A stretch of 63,699 nucleotides of DNA, filler included, from Octopus bimaculoides (GCF_001194135.2; 4 parts of 3 records of this genome joined end to end with filler, not necessarily neighbours in it), one strand, 5' to 3'. Numbered from the whole stretch's first letter, positions 14,920-28,540 are shown. The notes: generated by a model not told the origin, from the sequence alone. Program-made: numbers and translations.

Positions 14920-15112
14920 ATAAGGACATTTCTTCTCAGCAATATGGTTTGGAATTCAGTCCCACCGCACGGCACATTGCCAAACGACTTCTGCTATAGA
15001 CCCCTTCCGATCTGGAAACTGAAAGAAGCCCGCAGTATATATAAGTCTAGTATTTATTCTGTCGGTCTATTTTCCCAAACCGCTAGAAACGGAGACGTAA
15101 ACACATGTAATA
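14920..15112 (+). mobile_element. SINE family A fragment, diverged and deleted
   Basis: ttcagtcccaccgcacggcacattg...ggaaactgaaagaagcccg matches the family. Confidence 0.6.
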
Positions 15113-15439
15113 GATAATAGTAATACGTAAATATTTAAATATATATTAACTCGCAAAGGATTATAACCCGCTGTCATCTATCATGTTGAAGCTAATAGTT
15201 TTAGGCGCTTATATATCTGCAAGCTGACATAGGCTTCTTCGTTCTTCTTCTGTTGGGCCAAAAGCTGTAGAAGAGACAGCTTCGATAGCACGACACTCAA
15301 AAGGATATTCGCCTATTTTGTTGAGATTTGAGATCCATGTAATGGATCACCTTTCATTAAAGCACATCGCATCACCCATGTCAGCAATCGAACATGTGAT
15401 CTCATGATCGTGAATTGAAACAAGTAAAGTATCTTATAC

Positions 15440-15690
15440 CTGTTTGAGTTATTAGACTGCATCCATGCTGGGGTACCGCCTTGAAGAATGTTTAGTAGAA
15501 TGAATCGACCGGAGTACTAATTTTTATTTTCACACCTGGTATTTGTGGTATTATTGTCTTTTGCCAAACTGCAAAGTTACGAGGAGGTAAACACACCAGC
15601 ACCGGTTGTCGAGAGGTAGTGGAAGGACAAGCACAGACACAAAAACACACACACACTCGCACAAACACATGGACTCAGACACACACATGC
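15440..15690 (-). mobile_element. SINE family A 3' half, diverged
   Basis: Reverse complement of the family 3' half (gtaaacacaccagcaccggttgtcgag). Confidence 0.7.
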
Positions 15691-15824
15691 ACACACTAAA
15701 ACACATATATATTACTCCTATATACGTGCGTGTGTGTGTATAGACACACACAGATATATATACATAGTGTGTGTGCGTGTGTGTGTGTGTGTGTGAGTGT
15801 GTGTGTGTGTGTGTGTGTATAAAG

Positions 15825-16006
15825 CGTGGCTGTATGGTAAGAAGGCGCCAGTGTGACCGTATGGTAAGAAGCTTGCTTCTCAACCACACGGTTCCGGGTT
15901 CAGTCCCACTCGGCGGCAACTTGGGCGAGTGTCTTCTACTACAGCCTCGGGCCGACCAAAGCCTTGTGAGTGGATCTGGTAGACGGAAACTGAAAGAAGA
16001 CTGTCG

Positions 16007-16047
<41 letters not shown>

Positions 16048-16240
16048 TTGTATGTATTTAGGTGTTTGTATTTATATGTGTGTATCGCTTGACAACTTAG
16101 CAGTTCGGCAAAAGAGCATAAGTACTAGGCTTACAAAGTCCTTGAGTCGATTTCTTTGACTAAAACCATTTGAGGCGGTGCTCTAACATGGCTGCAGTCA
16201 AATGACTCAAAGTAGTAAAACAATAAAAGAATGAAAGAAT
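15825..16240 (+). mobile_element. SINE family A copy
   Basis: Matches the family along its length, with a duplicated head (tatggtaagaag twice). Confidence 0.85.
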
Positions 16241-16681
16241 ATGGTATGTGTGCGCGCATGCGCGTGTGTGCGTGTGCGTGCTGCGTGGGTGGGTCGGTGC
16301 GTATGCGTGTGTGCGTGTGCGTGTGCGTGTGCGTGTGCGTGTGCGTACACGTGTGTGTGTTAGCGCGTGCGTGCGCACGCGAAGTTTAAAAGGTGAAGAC
16401 AGGATGTTTGGGAGTTGGAAACATTTATTTAACGAAGTGATTTTTATAGGATTACGTCCGCTTCGCGAGTTGCTTTATGTAATATTAATTTCAGTAAGCA
16501 AGAAATTATGCTTTCATGTTAGAAGAAATATGCATGCTTATCATCATGCAATACAATTGCGTATACACAAATCAATGTAAATCAAGAAAACTAGCTCATC
16601 CTAACTCATAGACCGTAATCCTATGGTAATCACTTGGTTATAGGAGTGTCTGTGTGGTAGGTATAGGTGCATCTATATATA

Positions 16682-16828
16682 TGTGGTTGTGTGGTAAGTA
16701 GCTTGCTTACAAACCACATGGTTCCGGGTTCAGTCACACTGCGTGGCACCTTCAGCAAGTGTCTTCTACAAGGCCGACCAGAGCCTTATGAGTGGATTTG
16801 GTACACGGAAACTGAAAGGAGCACGTCG

Positions 16829-16866
<38 letters not shown>

Positions 16867-17105
16867 TATATTTGTGTGTGTGTGTGTGTTTGTGTATGTT
16901 TGTGTGTCTGTGTTTTCCTCCACCATCGCTTGACAACCGATGTTGGTGTGTTTATTTTCCCGTAATCTAGCGGTTCAGTAAAAGATACCGATAGAATAAG
17001 TAGTAGGCTTACAAAGAATAATTCCTGGGGTCGATTTGTTCAACTAAAGGCCGTTCTCCAGCATGGGCGCAGTCAAATGACTGAAAAATAAAAGAATAAA
17101 AGAAC
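16682..17105 (+). mobile_element. SINE family A copy
   Basis: Matches the family along its length and ends in an AAGAATAA-type tail. Confidence 0.85.
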
Positions 17106-17132
17106 ATATACACACACACACATATACTATAA

Positions 17133-17164
<32 letters not shown>

Positions 17165-17619
17165 NNNNNNNNNNNNNNNNNNNNNNNNNNNNNNNNNNNN
17201 NNNNNNNNNNNNNNNNNNNNNNNNNNNNNNNNNNNNNNNNNNNNNNNNNNNNNNNNNNNNNNNNNNNNNNNNNNNNNNNNNNNNNNNNNNNNNNNNNNNN
17301 NNNNNNNNNNNNNNNNNNNNNNNNNNNNNNNNNNNNNNNNNNNNNNNNNNNNNNNNNNNNNNNNNNNNNNNNNNNNNNNNNNNNNNNNNNNNNNNNNNNN
17401 NNNNNNNNNNNNNNNNNNNNNNNNNNNNNNNNNNNNNNNNNNNNNNNNNNNNNNNNNNNNNNNNNNNNNNNNNNNNNNNNNNNNNNNNNNNNNNNNNNNN
17501 NNNNNNNNNNNNNNNNNNNNNNNNNNNNNNNNNNNNNNNNNNNNNNNNNNNNNNNNNNNNNNNNNNTATATATATATATATGTATGTATGTACATTCACC
17601 TCTCAGACTTCCTGGTGTT

Positions 17620-17717
17620 ATGTCTTTATGTACTCCTCTCACAATAATTTTATTGCTCGCATTTTCTGGCTTTACAGTTACACCGGGACTTGACATTACT
17701 TTGCAATTGATTACTAG
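17620..17717 (+). CDS. Coding exon 1 of a putative secreted EF-hand protein (signal peptide)
   Basis: ATG at 17620 gives MSLCTPLTIILLLAFSGFTVTPGLDITLQLIT, a signal-peptide-like hydrophobic stretch. The exon ends at a phase-2 donor AG|GTAGAC. An upstream acceptor ctctcag at 17606 hints at a 5' UTR exon. Confidence 0.6.
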
Positions 17718-18207
17718 GTAGACTGTTGACCGAGTCCGTATGAAGAGCTTACTGTGTTAGTCGTACAATTCTCTGAATCCATATCCTATACCATTAACTT
17801 AAGTGTGTGTGTGTGTGTTTGTGTTTGTGCGTGTGTTTGCATGAGTGTGTGCGTGCGTGTATGTATACACACACATATATATGTAAAGGCTGTCAATTCA
17901 CTAGAAGAGTTTGACCATTACCGACATATAATGTTGTTTCTGGAATTGTTTTCCGTTTTTCTTTAGTCACCATGTGACCTGCAAGGGCTTTTAAAGCTCG
18001 CAAATCACTTCATCTTTCTTGTTACCGATGCGGCATTAAATTTAATGCCTTGTAATCGAATGCTTGTTCAGTGCAGCACCTTGATTGAGTACTTTCATGC
18101 GCCTTATGAGTCCAAATCGGTTGAATTATTCTTTCCCTCATAGATTGTATAAACGATTAGGCTGCTAAAGATATATATACATATATATATATATATNNNN
18201 NNNNNNA

Positions 18208-18708
18208 CAGGGTGTCCAAAAGGTTTCGCCAGATTCTTATTTTGAAAATTATTGAAGGTTTTTCAATTAATTTTATTGTATAGAACAATTATGAATAATA
18301 ACTACGAATGTGACAATGATGCAACAATGATAACTACGAACGAATGATTTCTGCAGACTGTTGATTAGATTAGCTTCCAACTGCTCACCCTTTTTTTTAT
18401 CAGATGTTGCAGTAGCGGGTCGTCCAGATCTGGGTGCGTCGTTTACTGAGCCCGTTGTTTCGAACTTGTTAACGAGTGACTTGATGTTCCTACCTTGAAC
18501 CTCATGAATATGAAATACTTCACTGAGGCGTCAACTTGCCTCACCTGCATTTGAACCACAGGGATAGAAATGTCGGACAGTAGCCTTTCGTTGATTCCGA
18601 TTCAGTCTAAAAGCCGTTTTCCTAGAAGCCTCGAAGACACACCTGCAATAATACAATAATACAATGTGCGATAAAATAAAAATCGGGCGAAACTTTGTAG
18701 AGACCCTG
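18208..18708 (-). mobile_element. Internally deleted Tc1/mariner-superfamily element
   Basis: Imperfect TIRs (cagggtgtccaaaaggtttcgcc / gggcgaaactttgtagagaccctg) in a (TA)n context. The minus strand encodes IKSLVNKFETTGSVNDAPRSGRP, like a transposase N-terminus. Confidence 0.75.
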
Positions 18709-18804
18709 TATATATATATATATNNNNNNNNNNNNNNNNNNNNNNNNNNNNATATACATATATATATAGATAGATAGATAGATAGTAGGTAGATAGATAG
18801 TAGT

Positions 18805-18868
<64 letters not shown>

Positions 18869-19019
18869 CATAAATATACATACATACATACATACATACT
18901 TACATATATACAGGGATACAAGCGCACATGTATACGCACAGATGCCTACAGTATACAGATACATATTTTCACATTAACAAAATAGTCACTTTTTGTACTA
19001 AATGATGTATTGTAGTTTT

Positions 19020-19550
19020 TGTTTCTCTATATTTCCGCTTCATCCCCTCTGACTGTTTCACACCTGCACACCTTTCTGCCACATCGTCACCAGTTACTAT
19101 ATCCCACCACTTTCGCACTGGCTCCCTTTCAACGCTTTACTCGCATAAACCACTATTAGACTACTATATCAGCAATCGCACTACTCAACGCCACTACTCT
19201 AGACATATATGCCCCCCCCCCCATACACGCACAAAAACCACATGCACAGAATTCTCCTACTTATGCTGAACTCAATACAAGGATACACTTCTATGTGTGC
19301 ACCTACACCCTCGTAGTTTTCCCTTCTTATCTTTTCCACAGAACTTTCCTTGGCCCCTAAACCTCTCACCCGTTTTTTTTTCTTACATACTCACCTTTCA
19401 TCTTTCACTCATCTCAAACTTAGCTGCTATAATCTTCTTCTGATAAAGTACTAGCATCCAAAGCATTAAGAATTTTTCCTTTCCTGTAAAGCGTTAAGCC
19501 AACAAAATATCAGTTAAAATATCTTTCGCGAGTTGTCTTTCACTTTGTGT
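19020..19550 (+). mobile_element. Penelope-like 3' region, decayed
   Basis: C/T-rich body ending in a degenerate hammerhead-like motif at 19434-19472 and a ttttcctttcctg..agcgttaa segment resembling the other PLE ends. Confidence 0.4.
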
Positions 19551-19573
19551 TCATTGCTTTTACAGCACACACA

Positions 19574-19638
<65 letters not shown>

Positions 19639-20111
19639 ACACACACACACATACATTTCCATACATACAAATGTGTGTATATATATATATATTTATTAAT
19701 ACATATATACATACACATATGTGTGTGTGTACGTGTGTGTGTGCGTCTCTGTGTGTATACTACATATATGTATACAGATATTTATAAAGTATATTTTTGG
19801 GGGGTGGGTGATTTCCTATTGTGTGTGTGTATGTGCAACTAATATACATGTCGCTCCATTTATATTCATTGAAGGTTGATCTGGCAAGTGTGTTGTACTT
19901 GTATGGCCAACAGGTGGAGTCGTGAACATTACACAGCTTACGTTTGCAATTGAATCTATAAATCACATTAATCATTCGCAGCTTACTATCAAGTTCGCAT
20001 TATTGCATGTTTGCGGATGTGGTGTGAATACATATAGATATATGTGTGCGTGTGCGTGTGCGTGTGTACTTATGTATTATACTCATATATATGCATATAT
20101 ATATTTATATA

Positions 20112-20143
<32 letters not shown>

Positions 20144-20345
20144 CACTTGTACTTACGTGTGCATACATACATATATAAATACATAAATGCATACATACAT
20201 AGACATGATACAGGAATCCATTTAGCATTTAAAAGTTATATAACATTTTCATTTTTTAATTTGAAACAATTTCGATTCTATTTACTGTTTTGATTTTATA
20301 TACTTTTAATACTGCCGCTGCTATTTTGTTGTAAATATTGTTGAA

Positions 20346-20406
<61 letters not shown>

Positions 20407-20599
20407 TTTCGCACACGTGCATGTGTTTATTTCTTTGTTTGTGTGTTGTTTTATATACTTTTGAAACTATCATTATCAAAAAGACTAGTGGCTATTCATT
20501 ATACTAAAAATGGCATACTAAGAATGTGGAAACAAGAAATAAATTGTAGTTCTCTAAGCAGGCCAGCATTCGGAAGACTTTCAAGGAATTTTAAATTCA

Positions 20600-21480
20600 G
20601 TTGAAAACTTGCCTAGATCTGGGGGAATTAAACAGTTTCAATGATACGTAACACACTTTTAGCATTCGTTTCAAAACAAATCTATGCTATTCAATGAGGC
20701 AGCTTTCAAAGTTTCTCTATCTTCTACAACTTTATTCAAATGTATTTTAAAAAAATACGGTGGTAGCGACAGGTTTTAAATTTGTCACTGTTTCAAAATT
20801 TATCTGACGGAGATGATGTGCAAGACTGATGATATTTAACACACATTGGTTATTTAACACATTGTAACATTGGTTATAGAGCCGGCTTTATAACCAATGT
20901 TACAGACAAATTTTGAAAGACTTAATTCTATGATATGGGCGTAGTGAATAAGTTTAATTTTCCACACAATTCTCCATTTCAATCACAGAAAGTTGTTGTT
21001 TGGGTAGGTTACACAGCACAGCGTCATTTTGGTTACTATTCTTTCACAATACTATCACAATAGATGCTAAGTTAGAGTTCCAAAAAGACACCTTTTAGCG
21101 CCAGGCATGAGAAAAGAAGGAATATTTTAAGGTATTGTTCAAAGGTTAGATGATTTGCCTGCACATAGGCGTCTTGCTGCACCGCAGTTTCATGATTCAC
21201 AAATTCTAAGAGGTTGCACGGTAGTGATAAGCCGAAATTTTGGTCAGCTCGCTTTGAACTCTCTCACTTGGATTTCTTTTAGAGATATGTTAGAGGTCGG
21301 ATTTGCAAACCTGCAATCAGAAACAATGAATATTTAGAGTAAAGAACCAAACTAGTTGGAGATAAAAGTTCTGTGATGATCCAATTATAGTAGTTGCAAA
21401 AAATGTATGTATATACTGAGCGTAGTGATAGGACGATTTGAGTTGAAAGTAAATTATATAACTATATTGGCAAAAATGAC
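20600..21480 (+). mobile_element. Highly decayed Tc1-like transposase remnant
   Basis: Fragments such as PFQSQKVVVWVG resemble the PLHSxKVTVWCG motif, and there is a degenerate WPPRSPDL..LDFF-like segment near 21240-21285. Many stops. Confidence 0.45.
20863..20904. repeat. 42-bp near-perfect palindrome
   Basis: TGTAACATTGGTTATA-G-AGCCGGCT-T-TATAACCAATGTTACA, with one G/T mismatch. Confidence 0.9.
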
Positions 21481-22405
21481 CCTACCAAAATACAATGAGA
21501 TCATTTTTTATAAAACAAAATGTGTGTATGTATAACCTTGTGCATTTACATATATATGTATGAGTATGTATTTATATATACATGTCATATATATATATAT
21601 ATATATATATATANNNNNNNNNNNNNNNNNNNNNNNNNNNNNNNNNNNNNNNNNNNNNNNNNNNNNNNNNNNNNNNNNNNNNNNNNNNNNNNNNNNNNNN
21701 NNNNNNNNNNNNNNNNNNNNNNNNNNNNNNNNNNNNNNNNNNNNNNNNNNNNNNNNNNNNNNNNNNNNNNNNNNNNNNNNNNNNNNNNNNNNNNNNNNNN
21801 NNNNNNNNNNNNNNNNNNNNNNNNNNNNNNNNNNNNNNNNNNNNNNNNNNNNNNNNNNNNNNNNNNNNNNNNNNNNNNNNNNNNNNNNNNNNNNNNNNNN
21901 NNNNNNNNNNNNNNNNNNNNNNNNNNNNNNNNNNNNNNNNNNNNNNNNNNNNNNNNNNNNNNNNNNNNNNNNNNNNNNNNNNNNNNNNNNNNNNNNNNNN
22001 NNNNNNNNNNNNNNNNNNNNNNNNNNNNNNNNNNNNNNNNNNNNNNNNNNNNNNNNNNNNNNNNNNNNNNNNNNNNNNNNNNNNNNNNNNNNNNNNNNNN
22101 NNNNNNNNNNNNNNNNNNNNNNNNNNNNNNNNNNNNNNNNNNNNNNNNNNNNNNNNNNNNNNNNNNNNNNNNNNNNNNNNNNNNNNNNNNNNNNNNNNNN
22201 NNNNNNNNNNNNNNNNNNNNNNNNNNNNNNNNNNNNNNNNNNNNNNNNNNNNNNNNNNNNNNNNNNNNNNNNNNNNNNNNNNNNNNNNNNNNNNNNNNNN
22301 NNNNNNNNNNNNNNNNNNNNNNNNNNNNNNNNNNNNNNNNNNNNNNNNNNNNNNNNNNNNNNNNNNNNNNNNNNNNNNNNNNNNNNNNNNNNNNNNNNNN
22401 NNNNN

Positions 22406-22483
<78 letters not shown>

Positions 22484-22493
22484 CATACATACA

Positions 22494-22527
<34 letters not shown>

Positions 22528-22617
22528 CATACATACATACATATATATATATATTACGTAATATATATATATACCATTTATATATGTATTTATTAATGTA
22601 TATATTCATATATAGAA

Positions 22618-22771
22618 GCGCAGGTGTGGCTGTGTGGGAAGAAGCTTGCTTCCCGAGCACATGGTTCCGGGTTCAGTCCCACTGGATGACATCGTGGGCA
22701 AGTGTCTTCTGCTATAAGCTCGGGCCGACCAAAGCCTTGTGAGTGAATTTGGAAACTGAAAGAAGCCCGTC

Positions 22772-22836
<65 letters not shown>

Positions 22837-22869
22837 TGTGTTTGTGTGTTTGTGTATGTGTGTTTGTGT
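22618..22869 (+). mobile_element. SINE family A 5' half, truncated by a gap
   Basis: gcaggtgtggctgtgtgggaagaag...ggaaactgaaagaagcccgtc followed by the microsatellite. Confidence 0.85.
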
Positions 22870-22969
22870 NNNNNNNNNNNNNNNNNNNNNNNNNNNNNNN
22901 NNNNNNNNNNNNNTTAATTAATTAANNNNNNNNNNNNNNNNNNNNNNNNNNNNNNNNNNNNNNNNNNNN
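22870..22969. other. Artificial 100-bp scaffold join
   Basis: 44 N + TTAATTAATTAA + 44 N. The 12-mer has stop codons in all six frames. Confidence 0.9.
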
Positions 22970-23167
22970 GCTCTTATGGTTACTGTATTGAAAGTGTTTT
23001 GCGTAGGATGTGTGTAGTACACAGTAGTGAAATTTTCTGTATGTTATATATATTTGTAAGTCCTGGTGTTTTTGTTATGTATCTGTCTGAATATTTTTTA
23101 TTATACCTAAGGCACCTACTATGATAGGAATTGTTTCTGTTTTTAGATTCCACATTCGAGTTACCTC

Positions 23168-23168
<1 letters not shown>
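22970..23168 (-). mobile_element. R4/Dong-like RLE element, 5'-truncated fragment
   Basis: The minus strand encodes EVTRMWNLKTETIPIIVGALGIIK...HILRKTLSIQ. Its 5' junction directly abuts an (ATT)n tract. Confidence 0.85.
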
Positions 23169-23224
<56 letters not shown>

Positions 23225-23374
23225 CATTATTATGTATTGCTGCTGTTTGTTTTTGCTGCTGGTGATGCTGTTGACGTTGTCATGCTTGATAACCTGTTTA
23301 ACCATGCTTAAATTCAGTTTTGGAAAGTTTACATACCGACTGACGTGTTCACCCTTTGCTTTATGTTTGTATAG

Positions 23375-23405
23375 TCATGGTAATGAAGGCATCGTCGAAC
23401 TACTG
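23375..23405 (+). CDS. Coding exon 2 (31-nt micro-exon) of the EF-hand gene
   Basis: Acceptor ttatgtttgtatag and donor CTG|GTGAGT. Phase 2 to 0 matches exon 1 and reads (S)HGNEGIVELL. Confidence 0.6.
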
Positions 23406-25151
23406 GTGAGTTGCTTTCCGTTTAAATAACATCTTTTGTTAGGGGAATTGTACATCTACGATTTGCATTTTTGGGGATATTTCTTTTACTCTTTCAATTT
23501 TATTGATAGCCTAAGTCTCGGGAAAAATACATCAGTGAGAGAAGAAGAGAACGTGATGTGAGCACCAATAGTGTTCTGACGAATAGGAATATTTTCATGC
23601 TAAACAATGTTTTTACTCTATACGTGTCGTCTGATCGCGAAGAAGACATCAACATTGATAAGAACAATACTACAACAGTATAACAGTATTTAAGAAGATC
23701 ATCAACAACAAAAAGTACAAAATTAAGAACAATAACATCATCAGCAAAATCAAAAATATCTACACAAATGCATACAGAAAAATAACCCTTTCTGGAAATG
23801 AGATAGCTAGTTGGTTATACTCTCAGCGGAAAATTTGAATTGTAAATTCTTTCAATAAAAGCAGATGTTGCTAAACAAAGAGCAATGTCTCTCAGTGAGG
23901 AAGGGAACACAATCTCTGAAATACATACTATTGTAATATAGACACGTCTAACGAGAATATATCCTAAATACTCTAAAGTGATACACGCTGTATAATGCCT
24001 AGAAGATATGTTGTTCTCTGTAATACACATATAAAGAGGGAAATAGCACGGCGCGGTAGCCTCCACCTGTAATAACAAGTAGTAAGATCGCAGAACGGCA
24101 TCAGCAATCTGCGCACCGGAAACTCTGTGATTCTATACTTTCAATAAATAGCGATGAATGAAATGAGTACCAAATTCAATGAACTTTAATTACGAAGACC
24201 ATGTACGAAAATGAACAATGTGCGATGTCTGAAACAATCAAAAGGGGAATATACAATATAAATATTAATTAAGTCAAAAGCTTTGTTCTATAAATTGGAT
24301 GTAATATGTAAGATTTGAGAAATATTTCCCTACATTCATCATCCTTGAAAACGATTTTGAGAATCACTCATTCAGTATTATTAAGTGCATTGCAGCATAA
24401 GCAGATCCCTTTTCGCAATATCTTATGATATTATATATGAGGTATTGAGATAATATCAGAAAAAATGCAAGGTAAAATAATGACAGATATTATTGTTGAT
24501 GAATTCAGCTTTTAGTCAACATAGCATATTAATCATATTTCGATTATTTGAGCACTAATAAGTAGAGGTATCTCATGTGTAACTAATGAATAGTCACGTC
24601 GCATTCCATAACTATACAGATCAAAGTTGAATAGCTGTAGACACCTTGCATCGACGAAATTAATCGGGATTAACTTGAAAGTTAGTTGATAGTACTCAAT
24701 ACAGAAAGTGAACTAAGGAAATAAAATGTGGAACGACGATCTTATCCGCTTCCTAGAATATAAGAAATACGTAATTTTCCTCTAGAAATTGACAAATAAT
24801 TCTGAATTAAAGTCGCATCACAGGATTGTAAGATTTGGAGACGCATGTATATTCTCGGAAATAACATAGAATGTTATTTGGATGTGACAGTATTGCAGCA
24901 AGTAACAGATATACACGTTGTCACGCACCATGGAATCAAGAATATTTAATTTGTACTTGCGCGGTGAAGATACGAAATTTTATTTCATAAATTTCGTTTC
25001 CTCTGTTATCGTTTAATTCATCTTCCTGATATTGTATATATTAGAGAAATATAAATATATCAGATTAAATGTCACATAATCATCCTATAGCAAATAAATT
25101 CTCCCTGGAATACATAATTCATCCTGTCATTATTCATTTTTATTTAATGTA

Positions 25152-25372
25152 CTGTAATCCCTCGCCATATTGCGGTTCACCTATCTTGGTTTATTATTTA
25201 AGCTTAGGCCGATTTGACTCTGGTGTTGTTTTGCATTTATAATAAAATAAATATATACACATTATAAAAAATAATTGAAAGATACAGTACAATACTGTTT
25301 CTAATTCTCGGATTTTCACCTATCACTGGAGGTTTTGGAACGTAACACCCGCGATAGTCGAGGGATTTACTA
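25152..25372. mobile_element. pogo/Tigger-like MITE
   Basis: TIRs ctgtaatccctcgccatattgcgg / ccgcgatagtcgagggatttacta, flanked by TA on both sides. Confidence 0.7.
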
Positions 25373-26826
25373 TATATTGAAGAGGGATATAGTAGAGACT
25401 GAATGCTATTTAGAAACGTTGTTTAGTTGTAAATCATGTGATAAGGATTATATGTATAAAATGAAGCCTGACAGATATTTGCTCTGCAAAAAATATACGC
25501 ATCTTTATCTAACTTCATATATAAACAATAGAAATATCATCAGTACTTGCGCAGATTACAAAAACGTTATATTTCAAATATGAAATCTTGAGATATGCCC
25601 ACATCAGAAAACACAGACCGCAAATCCTTTCAAGGGTCACGTATTTTGTACGCAACGCACTGCATATCCACAAGCCAGATAAGCATATACTAATACTGTT
25701 GTGAAAACGACCGATGTATATATTACTTTACCGCTTAAGTTTAGGCAACTCAGTGGCTAGTGATTTCAGGGACAGGTTTCTTTTTCGAAAGTGCGGACTA
25801 ATTTATATGCAAGAAGCTTGCGATAGCATTATATATTAAATTCAAAGGTAACTACCCGCACTAAAAAACACATAAGAAAATTGTACTGATACTGAAAGTG
25901 TTGATATTAGACTTACTTCGTATAAGTGCTGACGCTGCACTTATTTACATACATTTTTGTGCTTATCAAAGAAGGTTGACATATACAAAATATAAAGAAA
26001 ATTAATTCATATATGTGTGGCAGGCTTCTAAAGTATGAATTCTATATGCATGTGTGTATATTTTCCAGTGTCAGAAATGGTATTGCGACACTAAATGAAA
26101 CACTGAAATATATTTTATGAAATTGATAGAATATGTCAATAAGTCTGCTAGTGATATGGTTGTAGACAAGATTACATTCCAGTAAGTGATACTGTCATTT
26201 GTTATAAATTGCCCCTTCTCTGAATTTAGAAAGGGATCAGTAACAAAAATAATTTTAATATTTGGTATCCGCTCTGTTTCACTACTTTTGAGCATAGACA
26301 GTAAATTAGCAAAAATACTGTAATGATTTATTTTAAGTTATATCTACGTTCTTCGTCCAAATCAAGTTCAGAAAGAGTCTCACTTCCACCCATTCAAGAG
26401 TCGGTAACATAATCACAAGTGACAGACTGAGGGAAAGCATCTGATGGTATTCAACTCGTCCAAAACTATGTCGCCTTACACTTGTGTTAGATTTCACGTT
26501 ATGCCAAAATAAATAAGAAATTACATTTTCAAAGTAATTCATGATATAGGAATACATCTATAACTTCAATTTTATGTGCATATCTGAGAGCGATAACTAT
26601 ATACCATAAAGCTGACGAGGACCACACAATTATGCCATCCTTACATTAAATGTTGTAAGATAGTGCAAGTCTAATGGTCGATATACAGAAGATATTCTTA
26701 ATGATCACCATTCAAAGACAATTTCCATGTCATTTACGCATTTATTATTGTTTCTTGCATTTTGAAAGAAGTATTTCATCATATCTCTCTTCTCTCTTTC
26801 TCTGTCTCTCTCTTTATGTCTCTGCA

Positions 26827-26864
<38 letters not shown>

Positions 26865-28292
26865 TGAGTGTGTTTGTGTGTATGTGTGTGTGTGTGTGTA
26901 TGTGTGTGTGTGCATGTACATGCATACTATATTATGTGAAGTACCGTGCATTTATTTCTTTTAAACTTGAAAGAATATAGTCCATTGTCCGAAATAAGAG
27001 TTATTTAGCCAAAAAAATAAATCTCCTACCATTCACAGTTTTCAATTTATGATCAATTGTTCTTCAATTATACGTTTATTTGGCAGCATTAATTGAAATT
27101 GAATATATAATTTGTTTTTCTTTTGAAAGACTGAAACACCCAAAAGTTTGAGATCGTTGTGCTGAAGTTAAAACCCTTAAAGTTGCACATGCTTTCAATT
27201 GGCAATCAGGCCTGAGATAATTTTCTTTCTTTATGATGTTATCATACACTGATATTTGTAACTGATTGATTTGCTGCTGTACAGTTAGTCAATCAGCTAG
27301 AAATTATAGCCTCAGCTCTTCAAATCAAACAGTGCTGCCTTTCCAAAAATTCACGTGACTTTGAAAATGTAACTTGTGTTCATATGCAAATAAAATAAAG
27401 AATACAAAAATTCTAAAAATACTGTATAGCCGCAAACCTTTAATCAGACGTTTTCCAGAGTAGCCTAATACTAGAAAACAAAGAAAGAGGAAGCTGTCAA
27501 AAACTGAAAACTATTTGAAATAATTGCGTCATAGCTTGTATGCCCTATTCAAATATAGAGAGTGAGCAATTTCATAGGGGTTACAATCTATACATTCTCG
27601 CTTATAATTCGTTTGGTTTTAATCACTTAATCTTCTGATAAATGGTAAAAACACTATTACTTTGAAATCTGTATTTATCAGAAATATAAAGAATTGCACG
27701 TCCATAGTACATGCACAAGTTAGATTTAATAAGAGCTTACAACTTCGCACCAAAATTTAATTGGGTATTTGTCAAATATTCTCAATAAGCTTTACAGAAT
27801 ACCCTCGGCTCTGAACCGAAACTTATGAATGTATCTGTGATTATTCTATCGTTATGAATGTATCAGTGATGTATCTTTTTCCCTCCTAAGCATGTTCCAA
27901 CACGTAATGCTCTATAGAGGAAATGTTTTATCGAATAGTATGTGTCACTTATTTTGTTATTGAAGCTAATTCATTTAAATGATCAGTATTCGAGAAATAT
28001 ATATAAATGTAATTTGCAGTAAATATTTGGAAATGTCAAAAGTTATAAGAATGTCAAATTCTATATTATTTCTCTTATTAGATAAAAGCCATAGATATTC
28101 CATACTCCGATGGCAACATCCGGGTTTTTTTTATTTTTTCATCGATAAATATTTTAATCCTATAAGAAATTCTGAAATTGAAGTAAACAGTGCTTTAGAA
28201 TTCTGCTTTCGATGACACTTTATGGACAGAATAGAAGTACATATAAATGCTAATCTATATTTACAAAGTTTATTAAATTCTATAATTCTAAG

Positions 28293-28302
28293 CATACAAA
28301 AG
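28293..28302 (+). CDS. Candidate coding exon 3 (10-nt micro-exon; 34-nt alternative starting at 28269)
   Basis: Perfect donor AAG|GTAAGT. Two possible acceptors (ttctaag at 28292, tttacaaag at 28268) both give phase 0 to 1 (HTK or FIKFYNSKHTK), which is the bridge needed between exons 2 and 4. Both acceptors are the weaker AAG type. Confidence 0.4.
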
Positions 28303-28327
28303 GTAAGTTAAAATTTACTACATTGTA

Positions 28328-28540
28328 AAGCGGTGAGGAGTGGGGAAGAGGTATTAACACGTCGTGTTTAATGTCTAGTGGCATTTCAAACTCCTGCGCG
28401 GTCGACTTGCCCTCTCATCTTTACGATGGGGATAGTATAACAACCAGTTGAGTACTGGGTCGAATTAATCGACGTATACCCTCTCCCGTAACTTCTGGTC
28501 TTTAGGCAACATTCGAAATTGATTATAACAACATTGTATA
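28328..28540 (+). mobile_element. SINE family B copy, old
   Basis: aagcggtgag...caaactcctgcgcggtcgacttgcc...ccagttgagtactgggtcgaattaatcgac. Confidence 0.65.

Noticed and set aside
804-22660. Long ORFs in the supplied track (200-500 aa)
   Set aside because: They are N-run read-through (X) or translations of dinucleotide and tetranucleotide repeats (YIYI, CVCV, HTHT).
23375-23405. HGNEGIVELL as an ankyrin repeat or SRCR domain start
   Set aside because: No downstream exon supplies the remaining ankyrin or SRCR Cys/Trp pattern. The EF-hand exons explain the gene better.
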